Part shown: piece by piece, positions 26,481-35,073 of the stretch | Layout: every line of letters begins with the position of its first letter | Numbering within the stretch: the stretch's first letter is position 1 | From: Planctomycetota bacterium | Lineage (GTDB): Bacteria > Planctomycetota > UBA8108 > SXIK01 | Direction: 5' to 3' | Length of the DNA stretch: 64,000 nucleotides | NCBI GenBank assembly: GCA_965223845.1 | Contig: CBDCXR010000004.1 | Coordinates: 2,496,001-2,560,000 of the forward strand | Notes under the pieces: generated by a model | What the model was told of the DNA's origin: nothing | The model's input: only the letters and a program-made list of their open reading frames with translations | The model's database searches: none | Translations under genes and position numbers: made by a program

Positions 26481-28013
26481 ATGAAACAATCAAGGACAGT
26501 CTTCGTCGCCGCTTTCACGATCGTTGCGGTGTTTGCAGTCGACTCCGCCCAGGCGATTCCGATCATTTTCACGGACCGGGCTTCCTGGGACGCCGCGGTG
26601 CTCGCGGGCATCTCCAATGCAGAGATCCGGAAGGAGGATTTCAACGGCCAACCGCTCACTCCGGGGTCGTACGGGGACGTCGGCTACGGCCTGCCCGCCG
26701 GCGCGACGGTCCTCAATCCCGACCTTTCGATGACCCTCAACGATGTCGGAAACGGCGGAAGCCAGACCGGAATCGTGCCCGCGGGTGAGCACGACGGGAC
26801 GCAGGCGCTGAGACTTCGCGTCGTCCCCGACAGCTCGGACATCATCCCGAACGTCCTCCTCGGCGAGGGATGCGAAAGCATCGACTTCAACTTCACCGGA
26901 CCCACCGTGTTCGCGTTTGGCATCGAGTTCGAGACCGCGACGACCCACGACGGCGTGCGGCTTCAGGTGAACGGGGTCAACATTGACGTCGCGAACCACT
27001 ATCCGGAGACGAGCACGAACGACGGCGACGGCTTCCTCGGGATCATCGACATCGACGGCATCGCGTCCATTCGGATGATTCCCGACGACGAAGATCCGGT
27101 GTTCGCGGGCGAGGAGTTCGAGATCGACGAGTTCGAATACGCGATCGAAGGACCCGACCCGAACGACACGACTCCCCCGTCGTGCCGGCTGACCGCGTTC
27201 AACCCCGGCCCCCCGACGAGCATCGAGGTTACGTTCCAAGACGGTGAGAGCGGTCTGTCCGCGATCAACGTCCTAGTCGCCAACAACGCGATCGTCGTCA
27301 TCCCGCCGTTCGCTCCGGGTACAACAGACCCCGTGACCATCGTCGCGACGAAGATCGACCAGGCTCAGTCGGCGCAGGTGATCGTCGAGGCGTTCGATGT
27401 CGACGGAAACCGCGTCGTGTGCGACCCCGTGACCTTCGAGCTCGCCGTCGCGCCGGGCGAGACGGTGGAGTACGTGGTCACGGATATTCCGGAGATCGAA
27501 GGCTGGGTGACGGTCTACAACGAGACGCCCGGTTTCGAGCGGCTCTCCGTCGACGTGAACGGTCTCTCGACCTACACGATCAACAACCTTCAGCCCGGCG
27601 AGATCCGCACGATCAGCGTCTTCCCGCACATGGTCGCCGGTGCGAACACGATGACGTTTATCTCCAACGACGGCGTCGGTGGACTCGCGACGATTCTCAT
27701 AAGCGACGTTCCGCCTCCCTCGCCGTCGGCAAACACGCCACTCTTCGTCCGAGGCGACTCGAACACGGACGGGGTCGTCGACCTCTCCGATTCGATTCAT
27801 CTCCTCGACGCACTCTTCGTAAATCGGAGGCCGTTCGACTGCACCGACGCGAGCGACGCGAACGACGACGGAAACACCGACGTCTCCGACGCCGTGTACG
27901 TGCTCAACTACCTGTTCGTCGGCACCGCGCAGCCTCCGGCTCCCTACCCGGAGTGTGGAGGAGACGCCAGCGCGGACGCTCACGGCTGCGGTAAGAACGA
28001 GGCTTGCTTCTAA
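26481..28013 (+). CDS. Secreted acidic multidomain beta-sandwich protein with C-terminal dockerin-like double EF-hand
   Basis: Sec signal. Ig-like DTTPPSC..GNRVVCDP domain. C-terminus FVRGDSNTDGVVDLSD..DANDDGNTDVSDAVYVLNYLF. Confidence 0.85.
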   Translation: MKQSRTVFVAAFTIVAVFAVDSAQAIPIIFTDRASWDAAVLAGISNAEIRKEDFNGQPLTPGSYGDVGYGLPAGATVLNPDLSMTLNDVGNGGSQTGIVPAGEHDGTQALRLRVVPDSSDIIPNVLLGEGCESIDFNFTGPTVFAFGIEFETATTHDGVRLQVNGVNIDVANHYPETSTNDGDGFLGIIDIDGIASIRMIPDDEDPVFAGEEFEIDEFEYAIEGPDPNDTTPPSCRLTAFNPGPPTSIEVTFQDGESGLSAINVLVANNAIVVIPPFAPGTTDPVTIVATKIDQAQSAQVIVEAFDVDGNRVVCDPVTFELAVAPGETVEYVVTDIPEIEGWVTVYNETPGFERLSVDVNGLSTYTINNLQPGEIRTISVFPHMVAGANTMTFISNDGVGGLATILISDVPPPSPSANTPLFVRGDSNTDGVVDLSDSIHLLDALFVNRRPFDCTDASDANDDGNTDVSDAVYVLNYLFVGTAQPPAPYPECGGDASADAHGCGKNEACF

Positions 28014-28116
28014 GCGCAATCGGTACGACGCGCCGGTCGGTCCGCATCACGATGCGATCGCCCGGCGCGTCGGAAACCCGATCGAATCACCAAGGAACCA
28101 CTCTCGAGGAAGCATC

Positions 28117-28698
28117 ATGGCCGATGTTCAAGGCAATCCCACCATCGGCGTCATCGTCGCGTGGGCGCCGAATTTCGCGCCCCGAGGATGGGCGCTCTGT
28201 AACGGACAACTTCTTCAGATCAGCCAGAATCAGGCGCTGTTTTCGATCCTCGGAACGACCTTCGGCGGTGACGGCCGCGAGACGTTCGGGCTGCCGGACC
28301 TACGCGGTCGGGTAGCGTCTCACCCCACTGGTACTCCGTTTCGGCTGGGAACTAGAGTCGGTGCTGAAACGGTTGCCCTGTCCGGCTCCCAGGTACCGCC
28401 CCACTCCCATCCCATCATGAACAATCCGGTCGACGTTCAGGCCACTTCGAACGAAGGCGACGCGCTTCTTCCGGCCGCGGATCTCCGCCTCGCGGCCGCG
28501 AAGACAACGACTCTCATCGACGTCAATCTCTACAGCGATCAGGCTCCCAATACGACGGTCGGCGGTGTCGAAGTGACGGGTAACGGAGGACTCATCGCGC
28601 AGAACTCGGGCGGAGGCCAAGGACACGCGAACATTCAGCCGTACACGGCGCTCCACTACATCATCGCGCTCCAGGGCGTCTATCCCTCGCGCAACTGA
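28117..28698 (+). CDS. Phage tail-collar domain protein 1 (microcystin-dependent-protein-like)
   Basis: IGVIVAWAPNFAPRGWALCNGQLLQISQNQALFSILGTTFGGDGRETFGLPDLRGR..GGGQGHANIQP..GVYPSRN. ATG 28117 has an SD. Confidence 0.92.
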   Translation: MADVQGNPTIGVIVAWAPNFAPRGWALCNGQLLQISQNQALFSILGTTFGGDGRETFGLPDLRGRVASHPTGTPFRLGTRVGAETVALSGSQVPPHSHPIMNNPVDVQATSNEGDALLPAADLRLAAAKTTTLIDVNLYSDQAPNTTVGGVEVTGNGGLIAQNSGGGQGHANIQPYTALHYIIALQGVYPSRN

Positions 28699-28725
28699 GC
28701 CCCGGTCGGAACAGGAGAACTACTT

Positions 28726-29292
28726 ATGGACGGCACGATCGGAGAAATCGTTCTCTTCGGCGGAACCTTCGCCCCGAGGAACTGGGCGTTTTGCGAGGGT
28801 CAGCTCCTTCAGATCAGCCAGAATCAGGCGCTCTTTTCGGTCCTCGGGACTGCATTCGGCGGCAATGGCGAAACGAGCTTCGCGCTACCCGATCTGCGCG
28901 GCCGCGTTCCCGTCGGTGTCGGGGCGGGTACGGGCCTCTCGACGTACGCCAATCCAGGAGTCCGCGCCGGCGCGAACAGCATCGCGCTCACAGCCGGGCA
29001 GATCCCGCCTCACGGTCACGCCGACGGCGGCTCGAGTCCGACCGTGAAGCTTCGGGCGCACGCGGCGAATCCGGCGGACGCGGAGATCCCCGATCCCGGA
29101 AACATCATCGGGCAGAATGCCGCCGTGGCCGCATTCTCGACGTCGGACGACCCCACGACGCTCGCAAGCCTCGGCGGTCCGGCGGTCACAGTGGGAAACG
29201 GAGGCGGCGGTCAAGCCCACGAAAACCGCCAGCCCACGCTCGGTGTTCATTACGTGATCTGCCTCGTCGGAATCTTCCCCTCGAGAAACTGA
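28726..29292 (+). CDS. Phage tail-collar domain protein 2
   Basis: IGEIVLFGGTFAPRNWAFCEGQLL..ALPDLRGRV..GGGQAHENRQP..GIFPSRN. AGGAG SD. Confidence 0.93.
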   Translation: MDGTIGEIVLFGGTFAPRNWAFCEGQLLQISQNQALFSVLGTAFGGNGETSFALPDLRGRVPVGVGAGTGLSTYANPGVRAGANSIALTAGQIPPHGHADGGSSPTVKLRAHAANPADAEIPDPGNIIGQNAAVAAFSTSDDPTTLASLGGPAVTVGNGGGGQAHENRQPTLGVHYVICLVGIFPSRN

Positions 29293-29360
29293 ACTCGCCG
29301 ATCGATGCGGCAAGAAGAGCAGAATACACCGAGAACAGAACCGGCGATTAGGAGATACGA

Positions 29361-29930
29361 ATGCAAGGCACATTAGGGACCGTTCAACTGTTCGCGGGGA
29401 ACTTCGCTCCCCGAAACTGGGCGTTTTGTGACGGTCAGCTCCTCAACGTTTCGAGCTTCACCGCGCTCTTCTCACTCCTCGGCTCGACTTACGGCGGCGA
29501 CGGAAGAACGACCTTTGCTCTCCCCGATCTCCGCGGGCGAGTGGCCGTCGGAGAAGGGCAGAGCCCTGGACTCTCGCGCTACCGATTGGGACAACGCGGC
29601 GGCGCCGAGCAAGCCTCGGTCTCGGTCAACCAGCTCGGCTCACACACCCATCCCGTATCGGTCGGAACCACGCTCCCGGCATTCAACGGGCCGGCGAATC
29701 AGCACGAGCCGGGAACGGGTCGCGTTCTCGCGCAGCCCACGGCTCAGGGCGCGACCGGCCTTACGATGTACCAGGCGACCGAAGCAGCCGACGTCGATCT
29801 TCAGACAGACGGCGCGGGCAGCCTCGCGCTCGGCGATACGGGCGGCGGGCAGACGCACGAGAACCGGCAGGAGGTGCTCGCGCTGCGGTATATCATCTGC
29901 ATCGTGGGGCTGTTTCCGTCGCGGAACTGA
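29361..29930 (+). CDS. Phage tail-collar domain protein 3
   Basis: LGTVQLFAGNFAPRNWAFCDGQLL..YGGDGRTTFALPDLRGRV..GGGQTHENRQ..GLFPSRN. AGGAG SD. Confidence 0.93.
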   Translation: MQGTLGTVQLFAGNFAPRNWAFCDGQLLNVSSFTALFSLLGSTYGGDGRTTFALPDLRGRVAVGEGQSPGLSRYRLGQRGGAEQASVSVNQLGSHTHPVSVGTTLPAFNGPANQHEPGTGRVLAQPTAQGATGLTMYQATEAADVDLQTDGAGSLALGDTGGGQTHENRQEVLALRYIICIVGLFPSRN

Positions 29931-29976
29931 CCGGCAAGGCCTAAAACGAATCGAGAGTGATCTTCGGCCAGGCCGC

Positions 29977-30031
29977 GAGCTATGCCCTGATCGAGTGCGA
30001 GAAGCGCTCGGTCAGGGCATAGTTCTTTTTT
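29977..30031 (+). terminator. Rho-independent terminator after the collar genes
   Basis: 22-bp stem 29977-29998/30004-30025, fully paired with three G-U wobbles. GAGAA loop, then T6. Confidence 0.85.
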
Positions 30032-30104
30032 GAACATCTTTCCGCGAGAACTCGAACGTCGAAGCTCGTAGGCACGGCCGGCCCGACTGCGGTAGAGTCT
30101 CGGC

Positions 30105-30398
30105 ATGACAGAGATCACCCACGAACTATTCACTGAGCATCTGAATCAGATGTTTCGTATCGTCGCTCCCGACCGCCCCCCCCTCGAGCTCGAGCTGACC
30201 GAAATCGAGGTGATCGACCCCGGCGTCGAACTCAAGGGGATGCGCCAGCCGTTCACGCTCATTTTCACCGGATCGCGCGACGACGTCCTTCCCGAAGGAA
30301 CGTACGCGGCCGAGCACGGAGAGCTCAGTGTGAGCCTCTACTTCATTCCGATCACGACCCTGGGTGCGCGGCAGGACTATCAGGTCGTGTTCAACTGA
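30105..30398 (+). CDS. DUF6916-like small protein (tail-collar-cluster associated)
   Basis: F..HLNQMF..LELELTEI..RQPFTLIF.G..LPEGTY..H..LYFIPI..YQVVFN. TAGAGT at 30093-30098 lies 6 nt before the ATG, so it may be leaderless. Confidence 0.8.
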   Translation: MTEITHELFTEHLNQMFRIVAPDRPPLELELTEIEVIDPGVELKGMRQPFTLIFTGSRDDVLPEGTYAAEHGELSVSLYFIPITTLGARQDYQVVFN

Positions 30399-30508
30399 GC
30401 GGGATCGACGAGCGCCGGCGCCCCGGAGAAACGCGCGCATCCTCCCGACGTGCCGTACAATGGCCCGCTCGGTGGATGGCGTTACGTAACTAAGCGAAGG
30501 GAATCTCC

Positions 30509-33500
30509 ATGTCGACCCGATGGACCGGGGCGGTCCTCCTGGGTGTGCTGTTGTGCATCGCGAGTCCGTCTCTTCACGGCCAAGAGACGCTTTTCGTTCG
30601 CGGAGACGCCAATCGAACGAACTCCGTCGAGATCGGCGACGCGCTCGCGATCCTTCGTCATCTCTTCGTCGCGGATTTCACGGTCGGTTGTGAAGCCGCC
30701 GCCGACGCCGACGACTCGGGCGGGGTCAATATCGCCGACGCGATGTTCCTCCTCGAGTTTCTCTTCCAAGACGGACCGCCGATCCCGGCACCGTCTCCGC
30801 GATGCGGACCCGATCCGACGCCCGACGGTCTCTCGTGTGACGCCTCGCCGTGCGGTGAAATCGAAAACTCGATCCGGATCAGCGAGGTGATGGCTTCGAA
30901 CTCGGACACTCTCGTCGACTCGGACGGAGACAGTTCCGACTGGTTCGAGCTCGCGTTTCTCTCCGACGCGCCGGCGGATTCCATCGACCTCGGCGGGTGG
31001 TACGTGACGGACGACCCAACTCTGAACGAGCTCTGGCAGATCCCCGCCGGGGTCTCGATCGAGCGGGGCGGCTTTCTCGTGATCTTCGCGTCGGGAAAGG
31101 ATCGGGCTGTCGCCGGAGAGGAGCTGCACGCGGACTTTCGGCTCGACGCGGACGGCGACTACGTCGCGCTCGTCGGTCCCGACGGCGTCACCGTCGTCGA
31201 TGAGCTCGCGCCGGCGTACCCAGAACAGCTCGGAGACATCTCCTACGGTCTCGCGCAGTCGACGACGACGCTCGTCGAAGCGGGGAGCGCCGTTCGCTAC
31301 CTCGTGCCAACGGCAGACGACGCGGCGCTCGGGCAGTCCTGGACGGCTCTCGATTTTGCCGACGGCAGCTGGACCGCGGGAAACCTCGGCCTCGGCTTCA
31401 GTGACATCGATCAGGACGGCTTCGACGTCATTTACATGAAGGCGAACATCATCGTCGATCACATCGACGATGCCGACGACGTCCGTCGGAACAGCGGCCT
31501 GCGAAGCTCGCTGACGCGTGTGTCGGCGTCCTTCATCAACTACTTCAACACCGGTGGGCGCGGAAACTTTGCGAGCGACCGCCCGTTTCCGAGTCTCGGC
31601 TTCTCCGACGTGAACGATTTCGTCGTCCTCGTGCGCGGCACGATTCTCATCCCGAGCGCTGGGCCGTGGAGCTTCGGCGTCAACAGCGACGACGGCTTCA
31701 GCCTTCGGATCTGGAACGATTCCCAGTCGTTTGAGATGGCTCACCCGCAGCCTCGCGCGCCCGCGGACACGATCGAAGGCTTCACCTTCGCGGAGGCCGG
31801 TCTCTACGACGTCGACCTGCTCTTCTACGAACGAGGCGGCGGCGCGAGTCTCGAGTTCTTCGCTGCTCAGGGCAACCGATCGAGCTTCACGTCTGACTTC
31901 AAGCTCGTCGGTGACACGGCGAACGGCGGCCTCGCGCTCGCCGGGTTCGCCTCGGACATCGAGGACGACATCGCGAACGAAATGCAGGGAACGAACGCGT
32001 CGCTCTGGCTTCGCACCGCATTCGACGTCGAGGATCCTGCGGCGCTCGGTGGACTCGTCCTTCGAATGAAATACGCCGACGGCTTCGCTGCGTTCCTGAA
32101 CGGAACCGAAGTCGCGCGGCGCAATTCGTCGGGTCCTCTCGAATGGAACTCGGCGGCGACGTCGGAGCGGTCCGGCGACGAAATCGCGCTCGTCGAGGAG
32201 ATCAACCTCGCCGACGCCCTTCCGCTACTACGTCCCGGCGAAAATATCCTCGCGATCCAGGCGATGAACGACAATGCCTCCGACGGCAACTTCCTCATCC
32301 TCCCAGAGCTCGTCGCCGCCGGCGCGGCGGCCGAGTACCGGTACATGGAGACGCCGACGCCGGGCACGTTCAACTCCTCCGGTGCGATCGATTTCGTCCG
32401 CGACGTCGAGTTCAGCGTCGAGAGGGGTTTTTTCGAAGACTCGTTCTCTCTCTCGCTTTCGACTCCGACAGAAGGAGCGCAGATTCGCTACACGCGAAAC
32501 GGCGGCACTCCGACCGCCACATCGGGTTCGATCTACGATGATTCGATTTCGGTCACCGGTACCTCCATCATTCGAGCGGCCGCGTTCAAGGAAGATCACC
32601 TCGACTCGAACGTGACGACGAACTCGTATCTCTTCGTGAGCGACGTCATCCGTCAGTCGCCGAGCGGTCAGGCTCCGTCCGGCTGGCCGTCGGGAAGCGT
32701 TAACGGCCAGATCCTCGATTACGGCATGGACCCCGACATCGTGAACTCGGCGCGCTGGTCGAGCCAAATGGAGGATGCTCTTCTCTCGATTCCATCGCTC
32801 TCGATCGTCACGGACATCGCGAACCTTTTCAGCTCCTCGACGGGGATCTACGTCAACGCTCGGAACGACGGCCGATCGTGGGAGCGGCGCACGTCGGTCG
32901 AGCTGATCCACCCCGACGGCTCTCCGGGATTCGGGCTCGACGCCGGCCTCCGCATCCGCGGCGCGTTTAGCCGGAGCGGCGACAACCCGAAACACTCGCT
33001 TCGCCTGATCTTCCGCAACGAGTACGGCGCGGGGAAGCTCCGCTACCCGCTCTTCGGCGGGGAAGGCGCCGACGCCTTCGATCGCGTCGACCTCCGGACA
33101 AGCCAAAACTATTCCTGGGCGTTCTCGGGGAGCGACAAGAACACGTTTCTCCGCGACGTATTCTCGCGCGACGTAATGCGCGATTTGCGGAAGCCATACA
33201 CGAAGAGTCGCTACTATCACCTCTACTTGAACGCACAGTACTGGGGACTCTTTCAAACCGAAGAGCGCGCCGACGCTGATTTCGGCGCGACCTATCTCGG
33301 CGGCAGAGACGACGACTACGATGCGATCAAGAACAACTCCTCGGGAAATCGCGCGCTCGAAGCGACCGACGGCACCATGGAAGCTTACCGTCGACTCTAC
33401 GACGCCGCGGTCGCTGGATTCTCGAGCAATACGGCTTACCGGCGCGTGCTCGGGCTGCGCTCCGACGGAACTCCCGACCCGAACGGCGAGAAGCTCGTCG

Positions 33501-34771
33501 ACGCCCAGAATCTCATGGATTACATGGCCTGCACGTACTACACGGGCGACCCCGACGCCCCGGTCAGCGTGTGGGGACACATCTCGAACAACGTCTTCGC
33601 TCTCTACAACCGCGAGAACCCGCAGGGGTTCAGTTGGTTCCGGCACGACGCGGAGCACTCGCTCGGGGCGAACGGTGGCCTCAACGAAGGTCGACTCCTC
33701 ACCGATACGATCGACCGATCGATCGGACAGGAGTGGCGCGACTTCAACCCCGCGTGGCTGCACATCCGGTTGACGGCGAACCGCGAATACCGCATCCAGT
33801 TCGCCGATCGCGTGAACCAACTCTTTTTCGGCAGCGGTGAGCTCAGCCCGGAGCGGAACATCGCCCGCTGGGAAGAGCGCGCACAGGAGATCGAGCTCGC
33901 CGTCATCGCGGCGTCCGCACGCTGGGGCGACTCGAAGCGTGCGACGCCGCGCACGAAGGACGACTGGGAGGACGAATCCGACTGGATGCTGGACACGTTC
34001 TTTCCCCGGAGAACGCAGATCGTTCTCAATCAAATGCGATCGGTGAATATGTTCCCCGACGCGGCGATCGTCGCGTTCAACCAGCACGGCGGGGAGGTTC
34101 CGAGTGGATTCGGGCTCACTATGTCACAATCGAACGGCGACCTCGGAACGATCCTCTACACGACCGACGGAACCGATCCCCGTGAATGGGGAGGCGAGGT
34201 GAACCCCGCGGCGGCGGAGTACACGGATAGCGTCGCGATCACTGAGACGGTGACCGTGAACGCGCGTGTCCGTGACGGATCGACGTGGGGCGCGATGACG
34301 ACGGCGCGATTCACGCTTGGGCTCGAGGGGCTCGTGATCAATGAAATCATGGCGGAGAACGACTCCGTGCTCGAAGATCCCGTCGAACCGGGTGAGTTTC
34401 CAGACTGGATCGAGTTCTACAACGGAACGGCGACCGCGATCGACCTCGGCGGAATGTACCTCACGGACGACCCGCTCGATTTCCAGCAGTGGCAGATACC
34501 GGCCGGAGTGACGATCGGCCCCGGAGAATACCTCGTGTTTCTCGCCGACGACGACGGCACGCAGGGACCGCTCCACACGAACTACCAGCTCAGCCGAACC
34601 GGCGAATCCGTGATCTTGATCGATACGGACGGCGAGACGGTGATCGATGAGGTCACGTTCGACTACCAGTTCGACGACGTGTCGTTCGGACGGTATCCGG
34701 ACGGCGCGGACACGTGGGGATTTCACGACCTACCGACGCCGGGCGCAGCCAATACGCCCGTGACGCCCTAG
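30509..34771 (+). CDS. Secreted CotH-kinase-family protein with N-terminal dockerin-like, lamin-tail (x2), PA14-like and Fn3-associated domains
   Basis: FVRGDAN..DADDSG dockerin. LTDs IRISEVMASN..SDWFEL and LVINEIMAEN..DWIEF. FGVNSDDGF..FYERGGGA (PA14). IRYTRNGGTP. CotH motifs GLRIRG..KHSLRL, YHLYLNAQYWGL and HDAEH. Confidence 0.85.
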   Translation: MSTRWTGAVLLGVLLCIASPSLHGQETLFVRGDANRTNSVEIGDALAILRHLFVADFTVGCEAAADADDSGGVNIADAMFLLEFLFQDGPPIPAPSPRCGPDPTPDGLSCDASPCGEIENSIRISEVMASNSDTLVDSDGDSSDWFELAFLSDAPADSIDLGGWYVTDDPTLNELWQIPAGVSIERGGFLVIFASGKDRAVAGEELHADFRLDADGDYVALVGPDGVTVVDELAPAYPEQLGDISYGLAQSTTTLVEAGSAVRYLVPTADDAALGQSWTALDFADGSWTAGNLGLGFSDIDQDGFDVIYMKANIIVDHIDDADDVRRNSGLRSSLTRVSASFINYFNTGGRGNFASDRPFPSLGFSDVNDFVVLVRGTILIPSAGPWSFGVNSDDGFSLRIWNDSQSFEMAHPQPRAPADTIEGFTFAEAGLYDVDLLFYERGGGASLEFFAAQGNRSSFTSDFKLVGDTANGGLALAGFASDIEDDIANEMQGTNASLWLRTAFDVEDPAALGGLVLRMKYADGFAAFLNGTEVARRNSSGPLEWNSAATSERSGDEIALVEEINLADALPLLRPGENILAIQAMNDNASDGNFLILPELVAAGAAAEYRYMETPTPGTFNSSGAIDFVRDVEFSVERGFFEDSFSLSLSTPTEGAQIRYTRNGGTPTATSGSIYDDSISVTGTSIIRAAAFKEDHLDSNVTTNSYLFVSDVIRQSPSGQAPSGWPSGSVNGQILDYGMDPDIVNSARWSSQMEDALLSIPSLSIVTDIANLFSSSTGIYVNARNDGRSWERRTSVELIHPDGSPGFGLDAGLRIRGAFSRSGDNPKHSLRLIFRNEYGAGKLRYPLFGGEGADAFDRVDLRTSQNYSWAFSGSDKNTFLRDVFSRDVMRDLRKPYTKSRYYHLYLNAQYWGLFQTEERADADFGATYLGGRDDDYDAIKNNSSGNRALEATDGTMEAYRRLYDAAVAGFSSNTAYRRVLGLRSDGTPDPNGEKLVDAQNLMDYMACTYYTGDPDAPVSVWGHISNNVFALYNRENPQGFSWFRHDAEHSLGANGGLNEGRLLTDTIDRSIGQEWRDFNPAWLHIRLTANREYRIQFADRVNQLFFGSGELSPERNIARWEERAQEIELAVIAASARWGDSKRATPRTKDDWEDESDWMLDTFFPRRTQIVLNQMRSVNMFPDAAIVAFNQHGGEVPSGFGLTMSQSNGDLGTILYTTDGTDPREWGGEVNPAAAEYTDSVAITETVTVNARVRDGSTWGAMTTARFTLGLEGLVINEIMAENDSVLEDPVEPGEFPDWIEFYNGTATAIDLGGMYLTDDPLDFQQWQIPAGVTIGPGEYLVFLADDDGTQGPLHTNYQLSRTGESVILIDTDGETVIDEVTFDYQFDDVSFGRYPDGADTWGFHDLPTPGAANTPVTP

Positions 34772-34851
34772 CTTCTCTCGGCGCGATTACGCGCTGCGCG
34801 GGAGAATCGTGTAGTCAAATCAGAGGAACGAAATTGAACGTAGTTTTTCGA

Positions 34852-34880
34852 TTGCAACCCGGTCCACAGCGAATCATAGT
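34852..34880 (+). promoter_or_regulatory. Sigma70-type promoter
   Basis: TTGCAA (34852-57), 17-nt spacer, CATAGT (34875-80), with an AT-rich upstream tract. Confidence 0.55.
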
Positions 34881-34886
34881 GAGCGC

Positions 34887-35007
34887 TACAGTTCGCGATC
34901 GAGGAGAGCGCAGCTCTCCGGTGAAGCGGCGCCTGCGCCGCGAGCGAACCTTCAACTCGCCCACAACTGCCCCGACCCGCCCGGCGTCCGCGTCGGGCGG
35001 GTTTTTT
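34887..35007 (+). ncRNA. Putative structured leader or small RNA (three-way junction plus terminator)
   Basis: P1 GTTCGC/GCGAAC encloses hairpins GGAGAGC-GCA-GCTCTCC and GCGGCG-CCTG-CGCCGC. It lies between the promoter and a terminator. No family recognised. Confidence 0.35.
34975..35007 (+). terminator. Rho-independent terminator / possible attenuator
   Basis: ACCCGCCCGGCG-TCCG-CGTCGGGCGGGT (12 bp, one G-U), with a T6 run at 35002-35007. Confidence 0.75.
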
Positions 35008-35073
35008 GGTTCGCTGCTCGGCGCCACTCAGTCCGCGGGTCGCGGTGCAGCTCGGTTCTCATTGGGGACCGCG

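Noticed and set aside
28117-29930. Prophage or tailocin suggested by the tail-collar genes
   Set aside because: No terminase, capsid, sheath, tube, baseplate, lysis or integrase genes, and the flanks are ordinary cellular genes.
32228-34087. Long antisense ORFs (also 4894-6333, 7569-9350, 22892-24580, 42362-44080, 50561-52189, 54148-55872)
   Set aside because: They lie opposite well-supported genes, are R/V/D/E-biased without motifs, and are expected from GC-rich codon bias.
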